NCBI GenBank assembly: GCA_964035545.1
Contig: OZ037769.1
Coordinates: 7,855,929-7,919,928 of the forward strand
Direction: 5' to 3'
Length of the DNA stretch: 64,000 nucleotides
Source: Bugula neritina
Lineage: Eukaryota; Animalia; Bryozoa
Part shown: one piece after another, positions 52,301 through 64,000 of the stretch
Layout: each line of letters starts with the position of its first letter
How positions within the stretch are numbered: the first letter of the stretch is position 1
Translations under genes and position numbers: made by a program
The notes under the pieces: model-generated
What the model was told of the DNA's origin: nothing
What the model saw: only the letters and a program-made list of their open reading frames with translations
Databases searched by the model: none

Positions 52301-55300
52301 CATGAACTTATGGCTGTGGTTTCATTAAATGCAACTGTTTCTAAATATTGAGTGAAAAATCCATTCCCATAATGCAAAGCTTAGAAACGTGGTGTATATT
52401 ATGTACATTTGTCTTGAGTCTTGACCATGAGACAAAAGTAACTACAACTTTCCTTATCTCTAACAAGCAACTATTATTACTTGTTTATATTCCTACTTTG
52501 AAGTTTATTAAAACTAACTTTAATGTTTCATATTGTCAACATTTAGATTAAAGTATGTTCTCCAATGCAATAAATATCAATAAATAATCATTATTATCAT
52601 TTAGCAGTTACTTGTATGGAAACATGGCCTAAACTAGTTAATAGGAGAGAAAAACATATATAAATAAGAAACTGTTCAATACAGACCATCAGTAATGGCA
52701 ACAATGTCAATTCTCTCTCCAATATCAACCACAATACCAGATGTTGCACTGTAAATGTATGGAGTCAAAAGAGATTGGTTGACAATATTAGCAGCTTTGA
52801 CTTTCATCTGGATGAAGAGAACACGCAATAATTCCTCTTTGAGCCGAGAACTGAAGTTGTGAGGAGTCGACAACATTACCTGAAAGTAAAAAAATAAATA
52901 ACTACAATTCAACTCAACTACAAGTAGTGAAGAGAAAAGGAAGACATTTTAAAGGCAAAACTTTTATTGTTGAAATCAAATTTAGAAGGTATAATAAAGA
53001 TGAAGTAAACAAAATAAATATTATAAGATGTTTACAAAATAGAATACATTTTAAATGGGAAAATACTTAAACAAAATAAATATGAACATTAAAATAAGGC
53101 ACATTGTGTTGGAATAACACAAACGTAACAAAATGCAATTATATGTTGCACTGGCCACGTTATTACTACTCTATTTAATTCTTGAACTTAAGGTAGAACT
53201 TGTTAAAATTACTATATATTTTTTTCTTTTTTTTTCCTGCTTGATAAATACAACTGTCGGTCATACTCACAGTGTACTCAGATGACACAACGTCAAGTCT
53301 GTTGAAGATGTCTGTGAATAAGTCATATAAAATCTTTACATTTATTCGATACTAAAAGAGACAAATAAACAACGTTCCTTACAAAAAAGATAAAGTCTGC
53401 CAATACAATAGATTGAAAAAAATCTGACTATACCAAATTCATCCTGAACAGTAAAAATCCATGTTTATAACTTGTACGGAATACATATCATGGTTGCGCA
53501 CTTAAATAATGTAATTAAAATTATATGTTTGATGAAGTGGGTAAATGACAATTAGGGAATATGCAAACTATAAAGACAGTCATATCAGCATATAGAAAAG
53601 AATACATTGTAAGCCTACACTCTTTCATAATGCATCATAACACAACAGAAAACATTCTACAATAGACTAACCTTGTCTACTTTTTTAGTAGCAGTCACCG
53701 GGTGATGGAGGCCACTAGCCCTGTTACTAGGTATGTAGGAGTCAAAGCCAAACACTCTTCTACCCTCAGGAGTCAGAGCAGTTACACAGGGATAAAATAA
53801 TTGAGGATAAGTGGCTACAAAATATAACAAACACACGTGAGTAGATGTATGCGAGCATGTATTAAAATATTCCAGCTACGTAAAGATAATTATGAGAATG
53901 CCAATTGGCTGAAATACAATACCATGAATCAAACAACCAATGAAATTGATTAAAATTTCTAAAAAACTATAGTAAAAACAGCAGTAAAGGCCTGGCCTCA
54001 CGATCGTGAGAATCACACGAAGTTGTCTATTTGACACGAAAAAACATTCGTACGAGAAAATTTGAGGGAATTCAAACGAAATCGTCTTCGTTGGGTATAC
54101 ACAACTATGACGATGGACGAAAAATAATAATCAACGATAAGCACCATTTGATTGGTCAATAGAATTTTAGCGGCAGTAATTATTTCATTTCTACTATGTT
54201 TCTCTATTTGGCAATTTTCTGTTTGTATCTCGTGCAAGACTCATTCATGGACTATTATATGTTTCGTCTGACGATTGTGTGGCTGGTCATAACGCGAGGA
54301 TAACTCACAAAAATCGTCACACGATTTCGTGTGATTCTCACGATCGTGAGGTCAGGCCTTAAACAAGAGCCTTACAAAGTATGCTCTATAATAGAATTAT
54401 CAGCACACAGTGATAGTATAATCATTTTGATAAGAGTAACTCTTCAACTAAATAGAGCATTGTGTGTAACATATACCTGTGTTACTCAGAACACCAGCCC
54501 TTATAGAACAGCTACCCAAGTCTACCACTACTACATTTGAGGGATGGGACTTGTCTGCAAGACTTGGTCTAACGTAGTTAATAGCTGGTGAACACTTTAT
54601 TTGAGTATATAGACTTCTCAGCCAATCACGGTAATCCGAATCACTCGCACACCGCACCATCATGTAGTGACCTCTCTGAAATTACAACAAAGGGAATCAT
54701 GTCATACACTGAGATTCAAAAACACAGTATAAATCTGTGAAAACACACCTCAACAGTGTGGAGGTATGGAAATCAGTTTATTACCATGTCATGTGACCAG
54801 TTGAATCAGTAAACTAGTAACAAAACTAATGTTTAAACTTTTTAAATAGCAACGACATGGCTTAAAGTTTCCACTTATTTTACAAGGTTGACAATGTAAA
54901 AATTTTTCATAAATTATAAAACTTTTTTAAAAAATATGAAAACTTTTTCAGTTTAAAACTACTATTGGTGAAAATTATAAGAAAGTTGTGTAATCGGTCA
55001 CCTTGTCATCTATGCCAATCATCTTATTGGACAAATCTTCTACAACTCCGCCCATTATTGAAAGGTAAGAAGAAGAACCAGACTCTTTGTTCTTAGACTA
55101 GAAAAATAGAAAGAAAATTAAAAATTAATTGATATAAAAGTGGAGAAAATACTTCATAAAAAAGTCATTATATTATAAAATCAGAAGGGAGGGATAATAA
55201 AAATTTGAAATATTGTTGCTAACAACATGGTCACCTAAAAATTGTTCGTAAAACTTAAAGTAAAATACGTTTGGGCTACGAATTTTTAGAGAAACTTATT

Positions 55301-58300
55301 TAAACAAATAATGAAAATGCACTGCAGTAACAGTGAAAATATGCATTAGGTATTTTATTAGTTTAAAGTGACATGACTATTAGAAGAAAACATAAAGCTG
55401 GAGATAATCTGAGTAGGAGTATAACAGTACAAGTGTAACCACACAGTAGTGATTTTAATTACACATCCCAAGGTTTACTGAATGCTTCACAAACAAGGAG
55501 CATACATATTTGATCTCAACAGTTACTAAATTCAGCAGTATTGAGCAGCCATATTACCAATGTATACAAAATAAATAGACTAACACAACAAAACTTTCTA
55601 AATATATTATTCCCCTGACAGCAAAAATAGTCACAAAATTTAAATATTTTTCCAACTTTAAGTAGCTCTATATTTAGTGGTTTAGTAACTATTGTGAAGC
55701 TAAAATATAATTTATCAGAATTGCATTATGCATATTGTTATATAAAAGTCAAGAGCAGATAATTTCATGCAGTGAAGAATGCAAAATTAAAATAAAAATA
55801 TTGCTATGAAAAATATACTTTCAACCTTTTTAAATATGCATTAACATGTCTGATTTCAACGGAGTAGGCTAGTAACTCTGAGAGTGTGTAGACGGACTAG
55901 GGTAGAGATCAATGTTATACCACAAGAAGCTGATAATGAAGGCTATTTGTGAATTCCTATCGTTTAGTTTGTGGTGAGAAACATTCTACAAATGAGTTGC
56001 CTGCCCACCTTGTACATATACAATATACCGTCTTTAGCCACACAGTATATGCGCTTCCAAGTCTTGAGTAGAGTTGTCTTCTTTTTCCCAATTGGCAGTT
56101 GCTCTAAATAGCTTTCCATATTAACAACATTGTTACTGTGTAAGGGAGTTGTCTAAAAGCATAAGTAACCGGTTTATTCAGTGACCGCTCATTTAATAGC
56201 ATGACATTCAACTTCAAACAGTGCAGTTTTTACAAACCAGGAGAAAATAAAAGCAGAATGTGCAATTTTTCATATAGATAAATGAGACACTATTATAATC
56301 ATGTGATGTTGTGAACATAATGATAGACCAAAAGTCCACAAGTTAACACAGAATTGCATAAAGATTAAGTTTTCAGGGTAATAAACTTGGCCTATTTCTG
56401 ATTTATTAATAATTCATTATCAACTTTTATAAGTTTATAAGTCTTTTGCATATATTTCTACTGGAAAGATGACTGGGTAAAACTTCTACACAAAATAATA
56501 CATCACGCTGAACTCATGTCAAAATATGCCTTACAGATTCCTATACTTGAGCTAGCATAGCGAAATAGCATGCCATTAATAGCTAAATACCTCTTTAGCA
56601 AGCTTGACTGAGTATAATTCTTTTAGGACCTTTATCTAAAACATACGGGTGAATACAGCAATTATTGAATGACAAAGGAAAGGCTTGTCATTCTGAAATG
56701 CATAAACAACACCAAACAAAACATATCATTCATAATCATTGGCTTGTGAGAACTTTCATAGCTTATGGTTGTCATAAACTTCAAAAAGTGAGAGTAAGAA
56801 ATGAAGGCCTGTTACTACAGGCACCCAGTAAAGTATAGTATGTTTCCAACATGTTTATGTACTTCATTTACTGATTTAAGTTGTTGACTAATTATGATCT
56901 ACTATTTTCTAATTCTTGTCAAAATAATTTTAATCCTACAAATCACCCATATTTGATTGAAAATTCACAGATGCTATTTTTAGTCTCTTACTGATTAGTT
57001 AAGTAGCTGCCAAACACAAATGCTCCACTGAAAGTTTAGAGCAAGAAATGGTAGAAAGTTATTTTGTATGAAACACAATTTTCTTTTATGCAGTCATATT
57101 ATCCATAAGCTGGTGGTAAGAGCGTGATTCCCCTAGTAGAGCTGCGACTATGAAAGCATATCTGCATATTTTGCACAGAGAGCAATAATCATTATAACAT
57201 AAAATAGATAGAGCTCTGTTGCACGCAGCATGAAAGATAACTTTCTAATCTCACAAGATAAAAACTTATCACATAGCGAACAGGATTTCATAGATATAGA
57301 CTGAGAGTAATCAGAGGCACAAACAGAGAGAGAATAACTCACTGGATCCCAGTCTCTCATAAACACTCTCTCCTTCACCTTCTCCGACTCAAAGTCCACC
57401 GAGTGGAAGTCAAAAGTGTAATCTGGTGAAGAAATATTAGCTATATCAAATAATATAGGCTCTACAGTCTAAACTTAACACAAATCTAATACAATATAAT
57501 ATAATATATGTAATGTAATATAGTATACACTAGTATATATAACACAATAGCAGCTTCAAAATATGTTGAACTGCATCTTGTGATAACATTGTTATGTAAC
57601 TAGTAGTATCTATTTCATACATGTGTTCATCTACATTCTACATGGTGCATATACTGCACAATGTAACTTGAAGTGTCATGCCATAAACACAGCTACCAAT
57701 AAAGCTGTTTGTATGCAGGTAGTCTACAATTCCTCAACAGCAACAACACCATAACCATTGAGGTAGTATAATCCTTAGATACAGTGATATTAGTATGACT
57801 GTATGAGGAAAATAACATGCATATAGTGGGGTACTGTGTGTAGCATGAAGTTTTTAGTAAAAGCTGGTTATTTAGCCATTTTATAGTGGGGGGTGGGAGG
57901 AGGGCTGATAGAATAGTAGTAGACGAGAGTGCATTCAACTCTGCTAATAGAAATGATGTAAGAAGTAAAACTTCACCACCAGCATCACTGTTGTGTTCTG
58001 AATTAGGTGTGTAATATATAAAATACATATAAAAAAGGCCAGGTTTAAATACCATCCTATAAAGAAAATATGTTAACAGAAAGCACATGTTAATAACTAT
58101 TTGGTCAACAGATGCTGTTCCTCATTGATAAGAAAACACAATAAATGTAAATATACGTTGCTTGGCTTGTATATGGACTTACACATTATTATGTTACAGT
58201 GATGTATGTATATTTGCACTGTGTATGCGATTATGCTTGTATAAACACATCTATTCCGGTCACTGTAATTCAACAAAGCTACTTTTTGATATCATATTTT

Positions 58301-58405
58301 ATTATTACTAGCTAAAAAGAGTAGAAGAAGTAGCAGTAGTTAGTAGCAGTAGTAGTAGTAGTGGTGGTGGTGGTTGTGGTGGTGGTGGTGGTGGTAGTAG
58401 TAGTG

Positions 58406-58445
<40 letters not shown>

Positions 58446-61034
58446 AAGTGGTGGTGGTGGTGGTAGTAGTAGCCTAGTAGTATTAGAAGTAGTAGTACTA
58501 TTAGTGGAGGCAGTGGTAGCAGTGCTAGTAGAAACATGTCACTCTTACCAAGACCACCAGCTGATGACACAGTGTCAGTATCAGAAGAGCCCTCAATCTC
58601 CAAACCGTCTGCAGTATGTGCTAGTATGACATCATCAACACTGGAGACTGGTAACGCAGTCTGTACAGAGTTAACTGAGGTTGTGGACGTGTTGGATTTA
58701 TTAACATGCCCATTAGCAGTTGATAAGGTAACTTTACTAGTAGCAGAGTTAGACGCAGGCGCTGCCCCATAAGCATTGCCACTTTTACTTGCACTACTCA
58801 AAGGTTCATCAGCTTCTTTATTAGCATCTGAAGTCTTGCCATAATCTTTAATCATCTTTTTCCGAGACTCCATGATGCTTTTCAACTGAGGATCCAAACC
58901 CTCTGAATTAACATCAACTTTTCTAGTAACAACTTTGCGTGTCACTTTAACCACTTTCTTCTTTGCTGTCACAGTAGTAGAGTCATGAGGTTGAGATTCA
59001 GTAAGAGCACTCATTGGCTTGGTATCCTTGGTCACTATTGATGGAGCTTTAACTGATTCTTTCCCATGTTTATGCTGAAAGATTATAAAATATCTAAGGA
59101 AAAAACCTATACATTTTCCTTAGCTACATATGCACTGTGAGGCCTTTAATTCCAATATAATAATGACGTTACACAAATGCTGCCTTACATTATAAAGCTA
59201 TAGTAGAATTGAGGTGTAAAACTGAGAAGGTATAATAAATTTGTTGACACAACTACATCTAGGTAAAAGATCTATATTTTGCAAGACATTGTAGCTATCT
59301 AGCAAAAACAGATATTTCTTAAACCATCTGTATTTATTAAGGAAGATTAAAAAAAAACACTACTCTGTTCATTGATTGTATAAGACTAAAAGCCTATAAA
59401 TGGTAGCTCCATGAATCAGTAATGAGCATTGGGTTATAGTATCACTGAATACTTGCGCAGTACCATTCATACCTTACCACCTGAGCATAACAATATCTTG
59501 GCTTATCAATATGAAGTAATAAAGTCAATATATGACACTTGGGAAAATCACTTAATAAGTTGTAAAGGCACTACTAAGTACATATTATATGCAAGGGTTG
59601 ACTGCACTTTTCAGACTTTAGTGAAGCTAGCAGACTGCAATGTCGCTACTTATATTCATGTGTATACAATCATAAGTGAAAGTAGAACCAGACAAATCAG
59701 CAGACGTACAGTAAGAAAAGCTAGCTAGTGATACCAACAGCTGCTGCACAATGAACCAACACTTGAGATTTCAGTAAGCATGCATAGAAATTTAGTTCAG
59801 TTTATTTTATAGATTGTGTTGCCATAGAAACTTCGAAGTCCTTAAACCACCACCACCTGGTGTTTAGATTACCATTATACTGAGAATATTTTCAAATTGT
59901 GAGACAAAATGGGTGCAGTAAATGAAACTCCTGATTTGATTATTTCTTATCTTACTAAGCAGGTTTCATTATTCACTGGCAATCCATGAGCTACGATAGT
60001 TTTAGTTTACATGTAGTATCAATGTAAAAGCTAACAGCTTCCAACATTGAGAATGAATATTTCCCTTTACTTAGGCAAAGTCATAACATAAATAGCCAAC
60101 ACCCACTTGAATATTTCTAACAAGGACAAAAGTTGCTATGCTCAAGTTTCGATCTTTTGGATGACTCATTTCAATAAATAACTAGAATGTAGTTGTGCAA
60201 AATATCATATATAATCATTTACAACTAGACTTTACTAACCACATTGAAGCAGAACATATTTCGATCCAGTAAAGTAGAAAGTCGGTTTTGACTTTTAATG
60301 AGCTCAGTTGAAATCTGTTTGAATTCGGCAGAAGATTGATCAGTCAGTAAATTGAGTTGAGAAGAGAGAGAATCGAACTGAGCTTGTTCTCTGTCCATTT
60401 CAGCTATTATGCTTGCCATGACATTGGGCAATTCCTTAAAGTTAATACATATTTATAACAGTATATGCTATAAATACTATAATATAATTGATATCATTGT
60501 ATTACTTACTATTTAATGTCTAAGTTTAAAATAATTATCTGAAAGAATAGTCATCAATGCATATAAATTAATCTAAGACAAGTTTGTTTGTAAGAAAATA
60601 TAATAGTTTTTCCAAACATATGCTGTGACATCAAAATAAACGTTGATGCTTTAAGTTACTTAAACAACATATGTAAGTAATTGTAGTTATCATGAAAATA
60701 TTATAATGTTACGCAGAAAAGGAATTGAGAGTGTTTGTAGGCTATTTAAATTTTTACTGGCACTACCCCCTGTCAAAGTTTTGATCTAAATAAATTTCAC
60801 TACTGAAACTATTTCAGTGCAAACACACACTAAATTATACAATATGATGCTTTTTATAAAAACTATGCTACAATTTAAAATACAAGGCCCTACATTTTAG
60901 AGTTTTATTTTGGAATCGCACAACAAATATGATGCACTATGACTATAGGTAGGGAAACTCACCTGGGGATCCATTCTCTCGATTTGATTTTCAAACTCAT
61001 TTTTAGAGCAGCTCAAGAGGCCCAGCGAACTCAT
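49309..61034 (-). CDS. Uncharacterised protein: N-terminal coiled coil, Ser/Thr/Lys-rich linker, PH domain and divergent actin fold
   Basis: Exons 61034-60963, 60434-60240, 59074-58549, 57422-57343, 56152-56009, 55097-55002, 54675-54477, 53814-53672, 53351-53271, 52879-52687, 51732-51596, 50930-50812, 50533-50287, 49464-49309 are phase-consistent. PH motifs MESYLEQ..KTWKRIY...DYRDWLRSL. Actin motifs VVVDLGSCSIRAG, SGIVVDIG, RFKAPEGL, IYLSGGTT and AYIGACILA. Confidence 0.85.
49644..49714 (-). mobile_element. tRNA-Ala(TGC)-like SINE head or tRNA pseudogene
   Basis: Minus strand GGCCCCTGTGGTGTAATGGTAGCAC...CTTGCAAGCCAGAGGACTTGGTTCGAGTCCC. Stems are imperfect. Confidence 0.6.
49853..49942 (+). 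repeat. Short dispersed repeat (family B)
   Basis: TATGGTTGCGGTTTCATTCGATGCAACTGTTTCTAAACATTGACTGAAAATCCATTCCC...AAGCTTAGAAA. Confidence 0.7.
52309..52400 (+). repeat. Short dispersed repeat (family B)
   Basis: TATGGCTGTGGTTTCATTAAATGCAACTGTTTCTAAATATTGAGTGAAAAATCCATTCCC...AAGCTTAGAAA. Confidence 0.7.
53988..54359. mobile_element. PIF/Harbinger (Tourist-like) MITE, 372 bp
   Basis: ~34-bp near-perfect TIRs AGGCCTG(G/A)CCTCACGATCGTGAGAATCACACGAA, with a TAA target duplication at 53985-53987 and 54360-54362. Confidence 0.9.
58320..58532. repeat. (TAG)n/(TGG)n compound trinucleotide microsatellite (intronic)
   Basis: Runs of AGT and GGT. It lies after the donor at 58548, so the poly-His/Tyr ORF tail is not coding. 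Confidence 0.9.
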
Positions 61035-61974
61035 TTGTGCAGAGTTAGTTTTACTATTTACAGTCAATTAATACTTCATAGGGCAATTTGTTGCGGCTAA
61101 AATGAATTAAACCAATTAAGTGTTAAAATGAACAGAATGAGAAAAGAATGAGTCAACAAATTATTATTAAAATATACTAGAAGTATTAGTAGTAGTAGAT
61201 AATACTACTGATTGTTATACTTGTTGCACACACATAATATTAAAATATAAATTATCAGCAACAAAACAATGATTGCACTTTAAATCTGACTATAGTTCTA
61301 ATAAACAATTATATATCAATAATCACAACCATAGCACTTGCCCTTACCAAGGGCAAGTGCTATCGTTGTGATTATTAATATTTAATAATAATATTAATTG
61401 GCCCTTAGACTTGAGTTGGGCCTTGGGCTTGGCCTCACCTGTTACCATCAGGGTCATAATCATAAAGTAAAATAGAATGAATATCAATATGATAAATTCA
61501 ATAACTGTCAGTAAGAATGCATACTTACTAAACCAATGCAACCAAATAACATAGCTGATGTGCTACAAACTACAATAAGCCAAATAAAAAGTTTGTTATA
61601 ACTGTAGGTTAAAAAGATCAATTTTCTCCACCCATCTGTTTATCCAAAACGAAACAACGAAATACTTGCTGTTCATTGGTGGGCCGGTAGGCGTATCAGA
61701 AACAAGCACCTAACTATATTACTTGTTCAAGAAAAGACAACTCTAGAAGCACGGACCTACACGAGGCTCGGACTTGACATATTCAGGGGCGATAACAAGC
61801 AAACCCGACCCCCCAACAAGGACAGCTAAAGAAAGTGATCGAACTAAATGCATTTTTAAAATAATAATGAGTGACGATTGATCAGCGATCATGTTAGTTT
61901 TATGGGATTAATGCTATTTACAAGATTTAAATAACATTAAATATAAATATAGCGCTATAAGACATTTTAGTTAT

Positions 61975-63140
61975 TACTGTTGCAATCACCATCACCATAT
62001 CCATCATCACTATGACTGGTAAAAATAAAATTGAAAGTGTTTTGTCAGCCTTACAAGGTTAGTATTACTATCAACTATGTCTATTACTATTAGTATTAGA
62101 TTTAGTATTATTAGTATTAGTATTAGTATTACTATTAGTATTACTCTATTACTATTAGAGTATTAGTATTACTATTGCTATTAGTATAAGTATAACATTA
62201 ACTTATAACTATAAGTATAACAATGCAATAACAATAACTATTACTATAGTATAAGTATAAGTACAAGTCACTTATTAAGTGTAAGACTAAGAGTAAGTGT
62301 TACTGTTAGTGTTAGTGTAACTGTAAGTATTAGTATAATTAAATTTCCAATTTATTAACTATAATCTAAATATTACAATAAAATTAAATATTATTATTAA
62401 TTATAAGAATCCTATGAGTATGTCATAGTTTACTTTGATTATCAGTATCAGTATGACTATGAGTCTGACTATTTAGTTTTACTATGCAATAAACTTATTT
62501 AATTTTTATTTTATAATCATAATATTATAATTAATACCCAATCATTCATGAGTCAGATTGAGATTAAGTCAAGCTCAATAATAATAATAATAATAATAAT
62601 GACTATGAGCAATCAGGAAAACTTAACAGTAAAATTAAATCTAATTGAATTTATCTTAAATTTATGACATTGACATTCAGTTTCACATTAAGTTTAGGTG
62701 TTTATCATTATTACTATAAATGTTATTAAAATTATTATGATTAAATTAAAGCAATAATCATAATGATAATAATAATAATAAATTTATAATGTTAATTATC
62801 AGCTCCAGTTATCTGATTGCGATTATGATAATGACTCATTATCATTATGATTAGGCTTATAACATCAACTATCACTATTAAAATAAAAGAACATTAAAGT
62901 GTAGAAATACTCTTACTATTAGTATAACTATAAGGCTAGATATTTAAATTTACTTTTACTTTTAGCTTTACTATTAGTATTAGTGTTTTATATTGTTTTC
63001 TATGCTCATAGTCATACTGACACTGTATAGTGTATAGTGTAGTATAACTAAATCAGCTTTATAGCAAATTATTATAATTTTAAGTATAAAACTAAATATT
63101 AAGATAAATGTAATATGTTGGCCTTAAGCCTATAACTATT
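61975..63140. repeat. Degenerate hexamer/triplet low-complexity tract
   Basis: TATTAG, ACTATT, AGTATA and AAT runs. Confidence 0.7.
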
Positions 63141-63339
63141 GTATTGTTGTGCGGAGCACAATGTTTGTGTGGGGTTTTAGTGAGCAATATGCATCTAGTC
63201 ACAAGCAGTTCACTGATATTTTCGTGTGTAAGACTTTATTATAAAACTATACAATATGGCGTAAAAATCTCTATAAGTATTAGCACAGGGTTACTTATCA
63301 TCATGGCAAGTATACGCTAACTAACTAAGAATAAATTGT

Positions 63340-64000
63340 CTACTTGGCTTCATCCAATAACTGCCAATCACTCTCTGATTGGCAGGGGGGATACGCATGA
63401 GGCGTAAGCCACGCCCCATTACACCGCCCCCCCCAGCAGGAAGCATACCTTCCTGATATACACCCAAAAAATAAAATCAAAAAAAAATAAAACTTTGCTA
63501 CATAAAACAAAACCAAAAAAATATAAGATTCGAATGGCAGGTATGGCAAATATTTCCAAAGGGGTTTACACACTATTGAGCAGACTTATTTTGGCATAAG
63601 AAAAATATAATAGTAATACAACAGGACAATATAATCACAGGTACGGAGATTGTGCAACACCAACTAGAGACAGTCCAAGGAGGGGAGAGGAACGGAGAGG
63701 GAGAGGTTGTTACCACCTGCAGGTGTGGATAGTCAGAGGAGTGAAGAGGGAGGGTACTGCTACTATCAGTCATGGTCGCCCCGTTTAAGGAGGGCCAGGG
63801 AAGCTTTAAGGGTCTTCATCTCGGAGGCGGCTGCGGCAACTCTGGGGCTTAGCCGTTGAATCCCCGCTTCTAAATCGTACATGCGGAGCTCGACTTCTTT
63901 TATATTGCGAGCTGTAGGGGCCTGCCGTTTTGGGGAGGAGGGTTTCCATCGCCGTTTAGAAGAGGGTTGCATAGGAGTGGGGGAAGGGGAACGTCGTTTC
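63340..64000 (-). other. Unidentified GC-rich element truncated by the window edge (possible mobile element or endogenous viral sequence)
   Basis: Abrupt rise in GC and CpG content, a short basic/coiled-coil ORF at 63766-63972, and the hairpin CTGCCAATCA-CTCTC-TGATTGGCAG at 63361-63385. Confidence 0.35.

Noticed and set aside
58340-58548. Hydrophobic segment and poly-His/Tyr tail of the 231-aa ORF
   Set aside because: It lies beyond the donor G|GTAAGA at 58548 and is an intronic microsatellite.

Overview
AT-rich, intron-containing animal (invertebrate-type) genomic DNA. It is not prokaryotic, and I found no CRISPR array or rRNA gene. Splicing by eye (GT-AG, phases checked) supports six protein-coding genes: (1) pitchfork/CIMAP3-like (+, 128-1897); (2) a peroxisomal enoyl-CoA delta-isomerase ECI2-like gene ending in SKL (-, 2371-5251); (3) a LAMMER/CLK kinase (-, 8378-29632) with no visible RS domain, spliced in frame to a ~1050-aa tail (CUE-like domain, four LxRxxTF-type motifs, Tyr/Ser/Gly-rich end), where two 5' splice sites 29 nt apart select the long form or a stop; (4) a PhyH-family 2OG-Fe(II) dioxygenase (+, 34403-48513); (5) nested antisense in intron 3 of that gene, an intron-poor P2X receptor with a duplicated, still spliceable terminal exon encoding a different TM2 and C-tail; (6) a coiled-coil/PH-domain/actin-fold fusion gene (-, 49309-61034). 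The window also holds an intronic tRNA-Cys(GCA), tRNA-derived SINEs, several MITEs, mini/microsatellites and an unidentified GC-rich element cut by the right edge. All gene models are manual and not validated by transcripts.
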